From: Balanoglossus misakiensis
Lineage: Eukaryota; Animalia; Hemichordata
Assembly (NCBI GenBank): GCA_040954595.2
Contig: CM082596.2
Span: forward strand, 7,080,791 to 7,144,790
Direction of reading: 5' to 3'
Length of the DNA: 64,000 nt
In this document: positions 1-14,200 of the stretch, piece after piece
Layout of the letters: each line of letters opens with the position of its first letter
Position numbering within the stretch: position 1 is the stretch's first letter
Notes under the pieces: model-generated
Told to the model about the DNA's origin: nothing
Seen by the model: only the letters and a program-made list of their open reading frames with translations
The model's database searches: none
Program-made: the position numbers and the translations under genes

Positions 1-3000
1 CAAAAATACACACATTTTTCAGTTTTACAAAAATACGCACTTTTTTTAATGATTGTTGCTCAAAATGGCAAACGCTCTGGAATATTACAACGACAAATAG
101 GACGATAACATTACAGTACTACATTACCACGACAACCTTGCCGAAAGAATCACTTAGTTCTGCTTGATTAGAAATTGCCAGCTCTACACATTATTACTTC
201 TCAATTCAACCGTGATAAAGCAACTTAAATAGACTTTTACTGAAACATAAAGTGAGATGTGGATTTTACAGGTTCCTTGGCTGTATTGGCAAATCTCAGC
301 CCTGCATAGCAATGATTTCAACGATTTTCAGTAATCTGAGAGTGCAGTGCAAGAAATCTGCAGTCTTTAATAGTTCTGTCTTGACCTGCGATTCTCAGAT
401 ATTTTTATGGCACTATCGAAGATGAGAATTGCAAGTTAATTTTCTCAGAGGGAGACGACTCTTTCCTTCTCAAAAGTAAACCATGTTTCTCAGAACTCAA
501 TTCGTCACCAGTTTCCACAAACTGCCTTTTGACAGTCATCATTTCCTAGCTTGAAGATATTTCTTATTAAACTTTAACAATCCACTCATGCACACTCATT
601 ACACACTCACACACGCAGTCCTTAGGGAGACCTCCTTCAGAATCAACTGCCCAGTATTGATTTTACAAGACTGTGGAACATTTTGATAGAGCTCTCTTAA
701 AACGCACACAAATCCGGCAAAAGCGATTGTCTATTCAAACTACCAGAATGACATCTGCACTCGGTCCTTTTAGATTTTGCGTCACAACCCTGTCTGTCAT
801 AAGAAGCACTCCCTTACTGTGCATATTTGCAAAATTTGTCGAGATAAGTTCACCTCAATATGTAAAATTGACCCCCATCATCCCTTGTGGCATGGTTCAA
901 ACCATTCTTTGAACAGGTAAGACAGGCATCATCAGGAGGGAGAAACAAGATGAAAAGGATGACTTTATATTTCCAGTTCACTTTGATTCAAAATTGCCAT
1001 AACTGTCCTTTGACAATGTTTTTAAGATAATTTCTTGCAGTGATATTTAATAAACACTCAATATGGTGTATAAATGACCATATTGATTTAGTTGATGGCT
1101 GCTTTTTGCACAAATGGGAGCAACAGTGCCTCTGAGTAGGCCAATCTTCATAGGCAACAGAATTAACACATGCACTATTGTACATCTGTTTAAAAACTGA
1201 GCTGACCAATCAAAACCAACCTTACAAGAACGTTGTTGCATGCCCCTGGCATGAAGCTGTGTATGACCCATTCTGTAGTCTTTCTGCGGAGCCCCTTTTT
1301 ATAGAAATGAGTTGAATTACAGGGTTAGTGACTAAATTGGCACAAGCGGATATGATGAAACACCTGGAAATGTCTACATCTCTGGTCCTATCTTGTGTGT
1401 ACATAAGATATCCCCACAAGGGGGGGGGGGAGAGATTAATGGGGTCACCAGATAACTGTTATATGTCCTGGACTGGTGTCTCAGAGACAACAGATAGCCA
1501 GGACACAAGGGTGACAATGAGGAAACGTTTTCTGTTTGTGCTCATTTCAACACTGACCTGTTCACAATACCAGCAACTAATGCAAAAGACAGGAAGACAT
1601 TTTAATGATATAACTGAACTGGTACTGAAGGCCAGTATCATAACTTCATGCTGGGATTATTAGTCAGGCTAACTCTTGTTTTAAACTTGCCTGTCAATAT
1701 TCAAATTTACCTATACAGGAATTCTCATGTAAAAACGAATTTCGAGCCCTGTGTAAATAAGGATTCATGTACTTCTGCATCTTGGCTCAGTCAACAGGTA
1801 ATAATAAGGGCAGGTCAGGTTATTAGAACCCCAATATATTTTAATAAACAATAAATGTGAAATAAAAAGATACATTGTAAAATTTCACAGAAGAAAAACT
1901 TCTAAATTCTTCTATTAAATCAATACTAACTTGGTTCTATGTAAAATAAAGTTTCAGTAATTTTCTGGCTACTTTTTACTAAGTACATGTACGAGTCCTG
2001 CTTTACCCATGTGAGTGGTCTGATCCAAAACGTTTATGCATGATAATCGTAGGAGTCAAGAATGGTCAATATGGATGAAGGGGTGGTCAGGATCACTATC
2101 AAATGACAGATGCAAGTTTTCTCTAGAGTGCATGTGCAGTGACCCTGAATGATTGAAATGTGTATAACCTAGTTTCAGCATAGTGACAGTGGCCAAACAA
2201 AGACCACGGTGTTGGAAAGTAGAATTTTGTAGAAACGTGTTCCAACGTTTTCATTTGGATTGACATCTGTTGAGCATGTCAATTAATTAAAAATAACTTG
2301 CGGTGAGTGCATGCATACAGCACGTTCAAAGCAAAAATTATTTTGTGAGAGTTCCAAGTTGCGACTTATACTACCATTGTGAAGAGTTTAACATTCAAGA
2401 CACATTCAAAGTAACTTGACCTTAGCATTTCTTCCATTAACAGCCAATGTGTAAGTTATCTGTATAAACTTGTAAGTGCACTTTCATATGCAAAAAAAGG
2501 TATGTACATTGGTCTGTTGAAAGTCACCTAGATACATATACATGGTTTGCACGGGGAGAATAAAATTACCCCCTCCCCCATGTTAACTGTGAGCCTTTAT
2601 TAGTATGCCTTTAACTTTCTGCATTTGAAAAGGTGAATGATCAATATCCCGACTATGGGTTCGACGACGGTGCAACCAAAATGAGTAGCCGGCCGGACAC
2701 TTCTACTCTCGCCATGTGGGAAACAGACTGGATGACCTCGATCGGACAACGTACACGTATAAGCTTGCGGTCGGGACCGAGCATCGCCTTGAAAGTTGAT
2801 AGCCAGTTACTGGACGACTGCAATTTTATTTGTTTGGGTTGGAATGACATTGCATTGTGAATGATAAGGCAGTACAGGGCCAACCGACTGATAAACATGC
2901 TCTCGCACACGAGTTTCAGGATGATGCAATAACTTCAACTGTCGATTGCATTGTTGTTGCTAGAGTATTGACATGTGTCTGTTTCCATGATTACGTCACC

Positions 3001-3578
3001 AAGTGGCGCGCGTGAACTTTGTCGATTTCATGCAAAGCAATAACATCCGCCGAAAGAGCCTCCGCACAACAATCATTCTAAGCACGCGCTGGTTTTGCTG
3101 GGCATGCCCGCAGAAATACCACGGCCATTCATTCTTTGCCCTGTTATTTACCAGAAAGGTCATGTGGGTTGACCGCAGACTGAATGAATGACAGCGAAGT
3201 CAACAGACCAGTTGCGGCGCGCGTACATACATGTGCGCGTAGAATGCAATCCATCAAATCGAACTGGCTGCCCGGCCCACCAAGGGCATAAAAAAAACTC
3301 GGACACAACACGTGGTCTCTCGGATACCACGAAAAACGACAGCTTAAAACTGTCCGGTTGATTCAAAACGTCAAATAATAAGGTCAGGCCATGTCTGCAT
3401 AATCAACTCTATCAAAACACGCGATTCAAGGGCAGATTACGAATATGGTAATCTCGATCAGGAGCTGAAAGTTTTTCATCGCTATGTTCTGTCCCACGCG
3501 TGTGCGCATGCAGGGATGTTCAAAACAGCTGTCGCCGTAGCGATTTGCGCAAAGTTCCAATCGTGTTAAGCCACTCAC

Positions 3579-3700
3579 CTGATTAGGGAAATCACTAAGT
3601 ATTTCACACCTCGGCAGACAATGGCTCTATCAGGCTATTTTCCTCCAACGCGAATACCGCATATGGAATGTCAAGTCTTTGCCGCCGCCATTTTTGAAAT
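3579..3700 (-). promoter_or_regulatory. Probable promoter and non-coding first exon of a gene running leftwards off the window
   Basis: CpG-rich block at about 2640-3720. The minus strand has a YY1/TISU-like AAAATGGCGGCGGC, then a strong donor CAG|GTGAGT near 3579. Sequence to the left (1-2600) is CpG-poor, as expected for a methylated gene body. No coding exon was identified. Confidence 0.4.
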
Positions 3701-4247
3701 GCGTCGTGTCCTTACACAGCTGCACATGTACATTGCATTGCAGGGAACATCGATCATAATCATCAATATTCATTACCACATGTGCAACAGCGTTCTAGCT
3801 GTGTGATTGGTAGAACTCGGGGGAGGGGCAAGCCGTTCTATTTTGTGGGTATAATCACAGTATTCCATCTTCTCACGCATTGAACTGATTATGTTCTTAT
3901 TATTAAACGATTATTACATATTTACCCACTTTGTGTAAATATCGCCGCAAACCTGGGGAACCCCGGCGACTTGTTGGGTCGAATGTATAATCACTGTCCC
4001 CTCACCGTACAGAATGGTTTCGTCTAAGCGTGACCTTATGAGGTGATCTATATCTAGCATGCTGCAGTGTGCTAATCATGCTGGCACATGATACATGGGT
4101 GGTATATATGATACTGAATGTAATATAGTGAATATAGTTGTGGTTTTGAGATGCAACGGACCAATGCACAGTGTATTAGTAGTTTTCAACAAGCACTTTT
4201 TAACGAACTTTAAAATTGCTATCTACAATTAACCAATTTAAACTTGA

Positions 4248-4399
4248 AGGTATACGGTCAGCTATATTTACCATAGCAAATTGAGATCTAGCCAATCACA
4301 GATTTTCAGTCGATGGCACATCACATGTTCTTTAGAACGCTCAAATACGCCATTTCAGCCAAATTTGGGCGTGTGTAAATTGGAGATGACTGTATACCT
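4248..4399 (+). mobile_element. Kolobok-like non-autonomous DNA transposon (MITE family A), copy 1
   Basis: TIRs AGGTATACGGTCA...TGACTGTATACCT, flanked by ttga/TTAA. Internal sequence is shared with copies at 20945 and 41710. A TTAA TSD with AG...CT ends is typical of Kolobok. Confidence 0.7.
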
Positions 4400-5262
4400 T
4401 TAATTCAACTTCAAGTGAGAATCTTCGGAGGTTCTGGATCTCTGGAGCGCCCGCACACGCTATGAGCGTGAAACTGCAATCTGTCACCATGGAAATGAAA
4501 GTTGGGAGCGTAGCGAGCGCCCTCGACCGACGGGTTATTCATTCAGACTAATGCGATCCGTACATAATATGTCCATTAGATTGTCCTTTTGAAGACATTT
4601 GCACATTCCTCTAAATATTCACGTGTTATTGAAGTACGCATGAAAAAAGTAGTTCGTTTGTTTGTTTGTTTGTTTGTGACTATAACAAAAGCACATTTGA
4701 TATAGCATACCGGGGATAATATAATTTTACAGGACTGAAATCGCCCTCCCCTCTTCTTGGACAAGAAAGCGCCCTAGGCCCTCAGAGCAATTATGTCGCA
4801 GTGTACACTTGGTATCCACATGGGTTCTGTGGACTTTAAAAGGTCGAGTAGCGTAAAGCATTTCACTGCCACGAACTATTATCATCTAGATTTTCACAAA
4901 CCATAGTTGCATGGCAACGACGCTCTGTTTAATTTCAAGATATTGTTTTGATGTTCAGTATGTGTTTAGGCTCACATGCAAATCAAAAACCGTATCTTGC
5001 AAAAGATTCATCGAAATTCTGCTTCGTTTGGGTAAATTTGCCTTTAAAACAATAGAACTGAAGAGGATTAAATGAGCTTCTGTAGCGACCTCTCCACTGT
5101 ATATACACCGCAATATTGTTTTCCGTGTCATCTTAAGGAGCACCACAATAAGGACGCCTAAGTCACTGGAAAATCAACCTACAAAAGCGGCTGGTGTGTG
5201 TGACCTGTTTGGAGACAGTCATGGAAACAGCGATGTGAGCGAAATTAACGAGAGAATATACC

Positions 5263-8200
5263 ATGGACGTCCGATACACTGTTCTCGTTGACTACACTGT
5301 CTTCTTTCTCTTGGCAGCAACAGTCTTTCAAGGTAAGCGAAAATTTAAATCCCAAAATAAACGCTTAGGTAACTAGTACTATATGTCCGTGTCTTCTTCA
5401 CACGGTCTATTGTCATGTTGTTGTGGGAAACGTACATATTTTGTCGTTTAGCAAACTGCTTCACGCTTTCACGTTATATTGGCATTGGCGAGTATGACAA
5501 AATGTACACCGTAAATTTTCTCCCAAAACCAGTCGCATGAAATTCCATCGGGAAGAACGATTTGTTTGTTTTGTTTTTTTTTTCCCCCGCAAGGACGGGG
5601 AAATAATTAGTTCTATTTGAGGTCTGGGCGCGGCTATTCCGAGGCGCTCACCTGGAATTGAAATAAATTACTTTCGGCCGAATTCATCGAACATTGGGTA
5701 CAGATTGCTAGTGTGTTTTTTTCTCTCAAAGATACCGTGTCTCGTTCGTGCGAAGATTGCTCTGGTTTTAAAACAACCAGTTCCTTTTGAATGAACATCG
5801 TGGATTTATTTGTGTGTTTAACGCAGTGACTCGAATGTTGTATACCAAATAGCCATGGGTATCACCCGATCTTAAAGTAGAAACTGTTAGAACCGCGGTT
5901 TGCAACGTCGACGATTGCAAGGTGCGTACAAATTCATCTTTGTGAGACCCACGTACGTGAATATGTGTCTTTGTAAGCCCAATCTGGTGCAAAACAGTTA
6001 GCGTTTATGTGGTACTCATAATAAAACGCACTATTTGAACAAGTACTTTTCTGTTAAATTCCGAAATGCGCGCAACTTTCACTAGTGTAAAATAAAGCCG
6101 GGTGTATTTGACACAACCACGACAAACCAGACGACGTGTAATACTGGTGCACACTTGAAAAATGAGCCCAAATCAAAGAACGATACACCAGGCGACCGTG
6201 CCACAGACGAAGTATGTGACCCGCTTGTTTTCGTAGCTCTCTGTGTGCCATCGTAAGTTAAACAAATATTTGCAACCGAGTTTAAACTTTCACTGAAAAC
6301 GCCGTGACTGGAAATTCTGTACGCGGCAATTAACGAAGATACAAATACTGCAAATCCCAAGTCAGAGAATGTATCCGCAGAGCTTGGGAAACAATCCGTG
6401 TATCGAGATCGGGTGCGTTGTTAACGTCGGTCATCACTGAAGACGATATTGAAGGTAATAATTCATGACAAAAAATATACTCCGTATTTACGTCAGTCCT
6501 ACAAGCGGGACTATTACTTGAAGACCATGCGCCATTTTTCTGTGTGTACTGACAGCTATGGCTAATAGATGCATGTTAGAAAGAAAGCTACATTTTTAAA
6601 AGGCAATGATAGGATTCTTAAAAGTCAACGAAAAGACCTGCCGATGGGTGCGAACCTTCTTTCTTGTCTGACAAAACCATACACCGTCCCTATATATCAC
6701 CTACGCAGTGACATCAACCACTGTGCATGCAGGTGTTTGAGAAACTGAGTCAGACGACCCTTCAAAGCGGAGAGAAAAGGGAATAGACTAATCTGACGAG
6801 TAAATTTGAATAAGGAGCAACTTGCCTGAGCTGATTACGCAAATCCAATACTTTCCCCCAAAAGGCAGGATCTACTAGTATTTTGCAAAGGATATCTTTT
6901 GTCCTGCACATACGCACAAGTATTAGCGAAATTCATAACACGAAAATGTGTGGTTTCTTTCTTTCTTTCTTTCTTTCTTCCTTTGCCGCGAGAGACGAGA
7001 ACGTTCAGTACGACGATATTACACTCCGTAAAACTGCGTGACTAGACCGACTGCACTGGTTACCACAATGGAGCCAATAAAATCATGTCAGTATAAACAT
7101 GTTTTTTTTGTCCATCACAAACGTTTGAAAGTGGCTTATTTCATTGTTCCCAAACCTATTTAATTTGCACCAGTGGAATTGAATGTTATGTCACCGAACA
7201 GAAATAATAAACCACTTCGTGATCAAAGTACCGCTGTTACAGGGACCTAATTTCATTGGAAAGAATTTCTGAACGATAATCTTAAATAGAACTGAAATGA
7301 TCTGGCATCTCATCAATTTTTTACCGTTCTGGGAGAGAGTCGATGTAAAAGATACAATTGAAACGACACCGGAGACATTTCATTTCCTGTCATCGAAAAA
7401 ATATATATCAGTTCCGCTCTCTACCCTTTCGAGTATAGAGGGACTACTTTCTCCGTCTTTTAAAGACAACGATTTACGACACCGCTTCGAGTTTGTCTTG
7501 ATAATAAAAAAAGCTGAAGAGATGAGTGGGGAACATAACATTGTATTTCAGACACTCTGAGGATTGTTTTATCATTGCACATCGCAATAAAAACCACTTT
7601 CCATGAATACGAAACGCGTGAACGGTGTAACTACAGAACCTACGCTTCGCTAAGTACATATGCTTCCTATCAAGCAAAGAAAATGTTGGATTTGTTTGTT
7701 TTAAGCCAATTTGTGAAATCAGACACGTGATTTCGAAGGCTGGCCACACGACCGTCCGAAATAAACCAAGTGTTGGGTCAGAACATAACGCTTCGGACAG
7801 CAAGATGCAACATCTATAGTTGGCAGAAATACATGAAATTTGTAACCATGATTCACAGCCGCCATTTGTAACTTCTGTTGAACGTAGTAGCTCGGGGCAA
7901 ACTGCGGTAAAATTTGTACTGACAACCTGGAGCTTGTTAACAAGCAGATCGAAATATGACAACGGGCTGTATAAATATGATAATATCTCACATTTTTGCG
8001 ACATCGTTAAACTGTTATCGAGATCACAGCTCCTTATCGGCTGATGAACGAGGCCACATCGGGGAATATCGCGCGCTGGCACCGCTCCATTGTTTTTCTG
8101 AATTTTACTGGACACCTTTTCTTTCGAGATCACAATTTTCGTCGGTGTTGCTCCAGATGTCATGGCAACAAGACCGCAGGTGATCGAAGGAGACAGAGAT

Positions 8201-11200
8201 CGTATCTTCTGCGAGAGCGTGCAGTCATAAATCGCCATATTGTCGTCCTCTCAACAATGATATCGCAGCATGAACAAGCACCTTAATTTACTTTTTACGC
8301 TTTTCTATTAAGTTCTATCTATATATCTCGCTCTGCTGACGTTCTGTCAAACCGTGCCAAAAACTGCCAGGTTGTTACTAGTGTTATCAATGATGGTAAC
8401 TGTCGGGTGAAAAATCATGTCATGCCTCTCGAATATGCCATGTACTCGGTCAAGGATATCGCACATGGCAGCGCGTTCATCTCCATGCTCCTCGAAGCGC
8501 GCGTTCAAGTCTATTTCCAGTCGATGGGTCAGATGAAATTATCCACTTACGCGCATGCGTAGTTGGTGTCGATAGTGGCCCGGGTTTTGCATCTGATCAG
8601 ATTTTCACAACCCGAGCCTGATATTTGTGCAACCAAACTCAAAGATCCAACAGACATGCCATCGAACAATCTTCACCAGTCGCAAACAACAGAGCCATTT
8701 CGAAGTTCAGAATTATTTTACAGTAAACTCGAAATGGCGTTACGTGATGCGTACGAAAAGTGCTCTTATTTTCAGTTTTCTAAATGATGATTTTACTATC
8801 TACGATCCTTATTCATGACGGTTATTTTGAAAAGGCGTACTAAATAAATATAGCAACATTTCACAAGAAGCCAAAAAATTGTGTTTTTCAAATTTTTTGT
8901 TGCTCCCAGTTCTACACAACGCAGTGTTATCTCCTTCTTCGAAATAATTATCGCTTTCATGTAAATCGCAAATGCCACGCAATTGTTTCCAGACAATGAT
9001 GGATGAACCCCTATAGACTCCGTTAGTTCACCTCATCAACGGGTCTCTGTATAACACTCTATGCCATTGATCATGATAAATGGCGCTGTATACAACGGAC
9101 AGACATATCATCCATTTTGCAGCACATGTCATATACAAGGAATTAGAATTCCGGAGACAGGCAACCTGTGTCGAACAAGGTCATTCTAATCTTTCACGCC
9201 GCTCCCTATCACAGATGTTTAACCCAGACCTCCAGTATAGTGAGGATTGCAACAGCAAAAAATAATTCCCCTGCCAATGGTTGGATGATTGGCCAATTGC
9301 AAATCATGTACACATGTTATGCGCAGGTAACTGATTCGAATGTTGAAAGTACAGGAGAAGGTGTACGAATTCAAAGAACCAGTACCCCACTTGTCAACAT
9401 AAGCCTGTATGTAAGTAACGACCATTGTAATTGGTGACAAAAGAATTCTAGTCCGAACTTGAATTCAAATATTGCACAATAACAGTGTCAAACTTTTATA
9501 CGTAAATGTTGTATTAAGAAGCTGGGTATACTGGGCAGGACAAAACGTATGAAAATTTACGGCTAAATGGAGCTTCAAGTGGATTCTGTATCAATGTCTC
9601 ATTAATAGTATACAGTGTGTTTTATACAGACTAAAATTGGGGGCATCAGGTAATGTACGTTTGCTTCGTGCTCATGTGTATCTGCCTTGAGCAGTGCACG
9701 AGAAAACTAAGCTCACCTTTGGTATTCAAGATATGAAGAAACACCTTTGTTCCAAAACACGATTTGAATATCTCAGTCTCACGGCGGCCAGTTTGTGCGT
9801 AAGGTCCCTGCCAATTATATTATCAATGGCCTTAGGAGTCAACTGTGGAATTGGGAGAAGTTGGGGGGAGGGTATTAGAATTCTCGCAAATCCCTTTAAA
9901 TCGTGTTGCTCACGTGGTTCTCAATTTGACAACGCAAACACTATGCACCCCTGACAAAGTAATTACAATACATATCACATAGAAGCCGTGACGTTTGACA
10001 GAGTGTGCTTCAGACTGACAAACGAATTTGACAGAATAGTTGGCGGTACTTCAAACGATGCCAAACGGGTCATGTAACCTGGAATAAATCGAAACCATGC
10101 AGTGGAACACAATAAGCTAAAACCGATGATATATTTGGTTCCAGCCTTCGCAACCTCAAACACGAAAAACCCCGGTCAAATGATCCATCGGGCTATTTGA
10201 AAAATTTCCGCGCTCATTCGTCTTTGCGTTGATGAAGATATACCATATTCGATTTGTTTTATTGCTGTAAATCCGCGAACATCTGCATGCCTTATTAGTG
10301 CTAATGGATCGATTTTCCCATTTCTCCTCAATCATCAAGTCGTAACACTGAAAGAAAAGTACATAAAATCCTCACTTGACACCTAGCATATTTTCACTTA
10401 TGTCCGTTAATAAGCCGTGTAACACGTGGACGTTTTTGTTCAGTTTTTTTTGTTTATAACCATATGGCGGTGTAAATGGAAACCCTTGGAACATACGGCC
10501 ATAATGAGTGTGCATTTTGGAGGTCAGGCCGTATGGAAACGTTGCCATTGAACGTGTGGACAGAGTGATAAGTTCCTTGACATGACGTCAAATGTTGCTG
10601 ACGTTGACTGACACCTGGCCGGGTGAGAAAAGTGGACACTAATGTTCAGGTGTTGGAGTGAATGAAATTATTTACTTAAGGAGCTTTCTGTTTTAGGCTA
10701 TCAGAATATTTGGCACACCTGTCCAGATTCGGTTATGTAAAAACCTTGCCTGCATGCTGTTATGTACTATGCAAACTATAAGACACTAGGACCAACAAAG
10801 GCACATTTGTATGATTCTGTTTAGTTATACCGGGTGATTTTAGACTGTAAAGTCCAGAAAAAATTGTCCATATTCCCTGAGAGAACCGGATATCGCATTG
10901 CTCTTGCCTGTCGCGTTGCCTAACGATTGTTCCTGTGTATTAGAATAACCCGATTAACTGGATGCCAATGGAATAGTGTCCAATATCTGGGCTCGAAACG
11001 ATTGTCAAATTATATAACAAGCATCTTGTCCAACTCACAGGCAATAAGGGGCCTCAGACGTGAATGTGGGTCCAGCTCGGACGTGGAGCATGGGATTATG
11101 CTCTTCTGCCGTGATTGGCATTGTTTAGTGGTGATATAGGCGAGCCTGTCTTATCCGGGGACTGTTAAACATCAACAGGCAGGGCTTGGTACATTGCTTA

Positions 11201-14200
11201 TCATTGACAACGTACTACTGTAGTATCCAACTCTCACTGAAAACATCACAAATCCCTCGACGACCTCCTTTGCAACACTTGTGTAATCACTGCATTTTTT
11301 TCCCAAACACGGTTGTGTGTGATCACGTACGTGTAGAACCCCCAATGAAACCCTGCAAATCATTTCGGGAGCTTTCAGTAATTATTGAAGGGGGCGGTGG
11401 AAGGGTCACGGAGGTTGATTCCCAGACACCGTCAGTTGGGGGCTGTTGTACAGAATTATTTACTCATGGAAACTCAAAATAATTTAACAACACCAGACTT
11501 TCAAAACTGTCGATTTGGGTGGGAAAGAATCCCAGACCTCGGTGGCTAAGTTAGCCGAAGACGTTGATTTTTTAACCCTAATGAACAGAAACGCGCGGTT
11601 AATTGGGTGCATCTACGACTTGCCCATCGACTTATACCCAGTTGCCATCAAGCAGAAACTTGTTTTGAACAGTGGTGATGCGCCTATATACTTTGTTGAG
11701 AAGCTCAATACTGTGTCACTTTATAGGCATGTTTTAATGAGTAGAACAAGAAGCAGCAGTTGTTCACTTTCTGGTGAAATAATCATCATAAGTTACTGTA
11801 CTCTTCCTTTAATTATGATTGGCGGGTGGCACGCTGACCGTGACGTCACATCGCCCCAACATATACACGTGACCCAAACAACCTCGGAAGGTGATCTGCC
11901 AGTGTGCTGATAATAGATAGTTGATCTAATAAGAACAAGATCACCTTTCAATAATTTGTCCACGGTAATGAATCAATATTGATATTCAGCTTTCATTTGT
12001 TCAACCAGATATGCGTGGACTCGAATACGACGTGTGCTAACAGGTTCTTGTATTAAAAGAATAACTCAAAGACAAAGCTGAGAGGATTATAGGAACGACC
12101 CAATTCCATGACAAAACATTCACGGCTGTCATTACTCGCTGGAAACCCCATTTTACGTCTATCCGTTTAATTTTACGCGACATGAATGAAACAACTCGAA
12201 ACACGTTTAATAAATACTGCGTGTAAGGTTGAATGAAACCCAGTTTCTCTCAGGCTATAAGGCCGGGAAACGCATAATAACCTGGGATCCATATTGTGCG
12301 AATCTGCGCTCGTTTGTGACATTTTCTCCACGACATTGTGAAGACAGGTCGCGATAACGGCAATTTGCCATTTTAATTATGCTCGATTTGTATATCAAAG
12401 CCAGAAATCTCAATATCGCAGTCCAGAGCAAAGCATTTCAAACTCTCAATATGTTGTATATTATGTTCCATTTGCTGACTGCTACAGCCAAAAGGATCTC
12501 ACACTACTGTTTACGAAATTCGAAATAACGTTGTAAAGTTGACTAAGCGCTGTGACTGTTCCTAGAACCACTGCAACTAGTATTTTATCAGGAATAATCT
12601 AAAGTATCATTATTCAGTAAAGCACAGCCCTTACCGACTGCACATCGGTCGAGTATGTCAATCAATAAATTCTAACTCGTGACCTTTTTAGTACATTATT
12701 GTTGTCAATGTGTGACCTTGACTTCAAAAAATGACTTTATGGCAAACACTCCTATATATACATTGTCATTATAGAGAAACCATATTTCCCTTTTGGGCCC
12801 GAGGGAAGGTCATTGTGTTTCGTACTTGAGGAAAGCGTTTCAGTCAACTCACCAGCCACAGAACAGAATATCATTATCAAAATAGGCCTACTTGAAGTGA
12901 GAAAAGTAGCAACAAGGGGTTTTAGTAATACATGCATATTGCATGAATGCAAGTATGTATGCAGGCACGCATGAATGTAATTTAACAAACGCTGAGACAC
13001 GTACAGAGTCATACAATTACAATAATCACAATTTTATGCGGCATTATACATGTATCATTTAAATTATATGTAACGTTTTCTTTCGTGATATTGCATTACA
13101 ATATTTGCCATGTTTTTAAATACAAATAGATTTCGAAATTCTGTAGGAACAATGAATTAATGTTTTTTTCTCGAAAGAAACGATATCGATTTTAGAACTC
13201 TAATAGGCTTCTTTCTCCCTAGTTACTGATATGTTTCTCATGCTCTGGACCAGTTTGCGGTATCAGTCATGATTATTTCAAATCTGACCGTAGATGGCGT
13301 AGTTTGTCTAAGGGCGCTTGCAGTTGTCATGACAGGGAGGGCTGGACGGTCATCTTTTGGAACATGCGTGCGAATAGTCAGTTCTATAGTCAGTTGTTGA
13401 TGGAAAGGAATTCCTGGTTGTGTACAAAAGATCTGCCTCTCGGCAACTTCCAATTCTACAATAAATGGATATCATACAACTACTCTGAAAATTTATCAAC
13501 GCCTTTGTATATTCGAAGGAATGTTCTCGTAATGTTTTTGGCTGTTTTTTATTTTTTTTCAGACTCGGTCGCCTTGGACTGCTATTCTTGCTCTCTCGAA
13601 GATGACAACTCAAACTGCAGCAATCCGGCAAACATAGAACAGTGTCAGATAGGCGAAGATGCCTGCTTCACACAAACCAAATATGCTGGTTAGTGTGTCA
13701 TCAATTCATGTTTTGCGTGTGGTAGTTTTATCATAATAGGCAATTTGATCAGATACCGAGAATGGAGAAATAACACGAACATACACGCATTGTGATGGAC
13801 AGGAGCAATAACTACATTGATAAGTATTGTGTACATCATTATTTCTTAGATTTATCTACGGATACGCCGCCGTCTGAATAACCTTCAAAGATACGAGACG
13901 TGTATTTACATTACACTGATGTCGTTCTTTTAAGATTTCCCAAATAATGGACATATTTGTCTCGGCCATTATACATTTTCTGTTTTTCCCTCCCGTTTTT
14001 CGAAAGGTGGGTCAGATTTCAAGGTCGTGAAGATCGTCAAGAGTTGCGTGATGAGCACTTTCTGCGAGGACGAAAAATCCGCTTATAACCCGGAGAGATG
14101 CGAACGCAAAGAGAAGGATTACATCTGCGTCGCGTGCTGTCGAGAGGACAGGTGCAATGTGGGATCCGGCGTCGCCATGGTTACCCCCAACCTGGCGGCC

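Noticed and set aside
150-2600. Short ORFs as coding exons of the leftward gene
   Set aside because: The frames checked have frequent stops, with no recognisable protein motifs and no coherent splice chain.
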